Virus record (IMG/VR): IMGVR_UViG_3300008221_000005
Location: 1-42,140 of that record
Strand: one strand, 5' to 3'
Source of the DNA: a virus
Length of the DNA stretch: 42,140 nt
The translations under genes and the position numbers were made by a program. This document shows, in pieces, positions 40,759 through 42,140 of the stretch (its first letter is position 1; every line of letters starts with the position of its first letter). Under the pieces are notes generated by a model. It saw only the letters and a program-made list of their open reading frames with translations. It was not told the DNA's origin and ran no database searches.

Positions 40759-41837
40759 AAAGAACAGGGGTAAGAGTCAGAGGTAATTCAATACAGATAT
40801 ATTTCGAGTATCTGGGGAAAGTGAGATACGAAACATTAAAGTTCAAAAAGGTAAACGTTGCTAATCAGAATGCCGCTGCGTTATTGCGAGAGAGGATTGT
40901 AACCAAGATTAAGGAGGGAACCTTTGACTATCTGAAGGAATTCCCACACTCGCAAATCGCTAAAAAGCTTTATCTCAGACGAGGTGGAAATACAGTGGGT
41001 GGGGCGTTGGATGAGTGGCTGGATAGTGCGAAGTCCGAGTTAAAACATTCAACCTGGATTGATTACAGAAACTCAGTCGATGTACTGAAAAGAGAGTTTG
41101 GGGACACCCTGCTTCCTAAATTAGCTAAGAAGGATATTGTGGGGTTTATTAAACGACAGGATATCAGTCAGAAACGTGCAACGAATCTATTAATTCCATT
41201 ACGTCATGTGTTGAGGGAAGCGGTAGAGGATGGCGTGATTGATGTGGATGTGTTGAGGGATTGGAAACCAAGAATCCAGAAGAAAGCACATAAGTCTGAG
41301 ATTAACCCGTTTACCAAAGAAGAACAGTTGTTACTTAAGGGTGATTCCGAAATACAGGCATTCATTCAGTTCTGTATCTGGACTGGCTTGAGAACAGGCG
41401 AAGCGTTAGCGTTGGAATGGGACGATATTGACGATGACGTAATCCATATCACCAAAAGCCTGTCATATGGAGTTGTATCCCTACCCAAAACCAAGGCAGG
41501 TATTCGCGATGTGAGCTTAAGACCCAAAGCCAGAGAAGCGCTTAAGTTAATGGCACATACCCGCTTTAAGAAAGGACGCGTCTTTACCTTTAAGACAGAC
41601 AGCCAGGTCAGAAAGCAATTTGTACAGCTTTGTAAGCGCACAGGCGTTGCATACAGGAAGCCATACAACACAAGGCATACCTTTGCATCCATGATGTTAA
41701 GTGCGGGTGAGAACGCGATGTGGGTAGCGCATCAGATGGGGCATTCAGATGTAAATATGATTGCCAGAGTGTACGGCCATTACATCCCTTCGGACAGGAA
41801 TGAGGGAAGTTTGGCAGACAGTATGTTTGGAGAGTGA
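40755..41837 (+). CDS. int: Tyrosine integrase with N-terminal arm-binding domain
   Basis: LRTGEALAL, HTFASMML and GHSDVNMIARVYGHY catalytic R/H/R/Y context. N-terminal VRVRGNSIQIYFEYLG. Confidence 0.9.
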   Translation: MKRTGVRVRGNSIQIYFEYLGKVRYETLKFKKVNVANQNAAALLRERIVTKIKEGTFDYLKEFPHSQIAKKLYLRRGGNTVGGALDEWLDSAKSELKHSTWIDYRNSVDVLKREFGDTLLPKLAKKDIVGFIKRQDISQKRATNLLIPLRHVLREAVEDGVIDVDVLRDWKPRIQKKAHKSEINPFTKEEQLLLKGDSEIQAFIQFCIWTGLRTGEALALEWDDIDDDVIHITKSLSYGVVSLPKTKAGIRDVSLRPKAREALKLMAHTRFKKGRVFTFKTDSQVRKQFVQLCKRTGVAYRKPYNTRHTFASMMLSAGENAMWVAHQMGHSDVNMIARVYGHYIPSDRNEGSLADSMFGE

Positions 41838-41848
41838 TATGGAACTAG

Positions 41849-42051
41849 TAATAAATAGATGTTTCGGTGGATTTCAATTAAGTATTGAAGCTCAAAAGCT
41901 TTACGCCAAGAAATCCGGATTTGAGTTGTTTTTTTATAAGCAGACAAAATACATTTACAAAGATGACGTGAATGAAGATGATATCGCATACTCCATAGAA
42001 GAATATGACGGTAATGAACATGTCGCCGAGACACATAGAACCTGGTATTGA
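41849..42051 (+). CDS. Hypothetical protein (67 aa)
   Basis: GGAGAG SD before ATG 41849. MELVINRCFGGFQLS start, typical of a common phage small-protein family. Confidence 0.5.
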
Positions 42052-42059
42052 TGGAAATC

Positions 42060-42077
42060 GTGACAAGAACGTGACAA
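42060..42077 (+). promoter_or_regulatory. Putative integrase arm-type sites (2x GTGACAA, 11 bp apart)
   Basis: CGTGACAAG at 42059-42067 and 42070-42078, 35 bp from the att core. Confidence 0.4.
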
Positions 42078-42112
42078 GCGATGCTTAAGTATTTGATTAA
42101 TAACGAATGGAT

Positions 42113-42140
42113 GCGGGTTCAATTCCCGCCGCCTCCACCA
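42113..42140 (+). repeat. Second att core copy (identical to 1-28)
   Basis: GCGGGTTCAATTCCCGCCGCCTCCACCA, 28/28 identity. Confidence 0.8.

Larger units (their letters stand above)
1..42140. mobile_element. Complete integrated temperate prophage (about 42.1 kb), att to att
   Basis: Perfect 28-bp direct repeat at both window ends. Integrase/excisionase lie next to the right repeat. Immunity, replication, late control, packaging, head, tail and lysis modules all lie between the repeats. Confidence 0.85.

Noticed and set aside
41761-41848. Upstream extension of the last ORF (track start 41761) and the antisense ORFs 41780-42034 and 41878-42066
   Set aside because: The extension overlaps the integrase 3' end out of frame, whereas ATG 41849 has a GGAGAG SD. 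The antisense ORFs are shadows.

Overview
No homology searches were run. All functional calls rest on motifs, gene order and signals read directly from the sequence. The window is one apparently complete temperate prophage of about 42.1 kb. It is bounded by a perfect 28-bp direct repeat (1-28 and 42113-42140) that is the T-arm/acceptor/CCA 3' end of a tmRNA- or tRNA-type gene. Layout from the right end: tyrosine integrase and excisionase lie at the end of a + strand early operon. That operon carries an ERF recombinase, an SSB-tailed small protein and a 284-aa protein whose C-terminus is a 309-bp coding microsatellite. It sits behind an XRE-type repressor and a small membrane protein. A divergent Cro-like gene heads the - strand early operon. 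This contains a cII-like ORF, a replication initiator with five phased GCTGAC iterons inside its own gene, an Rnl2-like RNA ligase, an HNH nuclease, NinB/NinG-like proteins, a candidate Q-like antiterminator and a GIY-YIG nuclease. A near-consensus promoter follows (TTGACA-17-TATAGT), with an intrinsic terminator about 50 nt downstream, a lambda PR'/tR'-like arrangement. From there a roughly 28-kb late transcription unit on the - strand encodes small ORFs, TerS/TerL and a fibre/beta-helix cassette that ends in its own terminator. It continues with portal, a 12x22-aa repeat protein, scaffold, capsid and a T7-like order of adaptor/nozzle/internal-core genes. It ends with a tail-collar fibre, GH108 endolysin, holin, several envelope proteins and a metallophosphoesterase. 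The left end holds small + strand ORFs and an HNH-AP2 endonuclease. No CRISPR array, canonical tRNA, transposase or reverse transcriptase was seen. Items most worth follow-up: (1) the S-A-(A)-X repeat protein; (2) the fact that its repeat carries 27 copies of the same hexamer (GTCAGC/GCTGAC) that forms the ori-like iterons; (3) a 62-nt tRNA-like minihelix ending GCCA; (4) the Rnl2-like ligase; (5) five small ORFs that all begin M-N-W; (6) a repressor switch with two promoters sharing an identical 14-mer; (7) an opposite-strand lipoprotein moron; (8) the interruption of the TerL-portal junction by a signal-peptide-bearing beta-helix protein.
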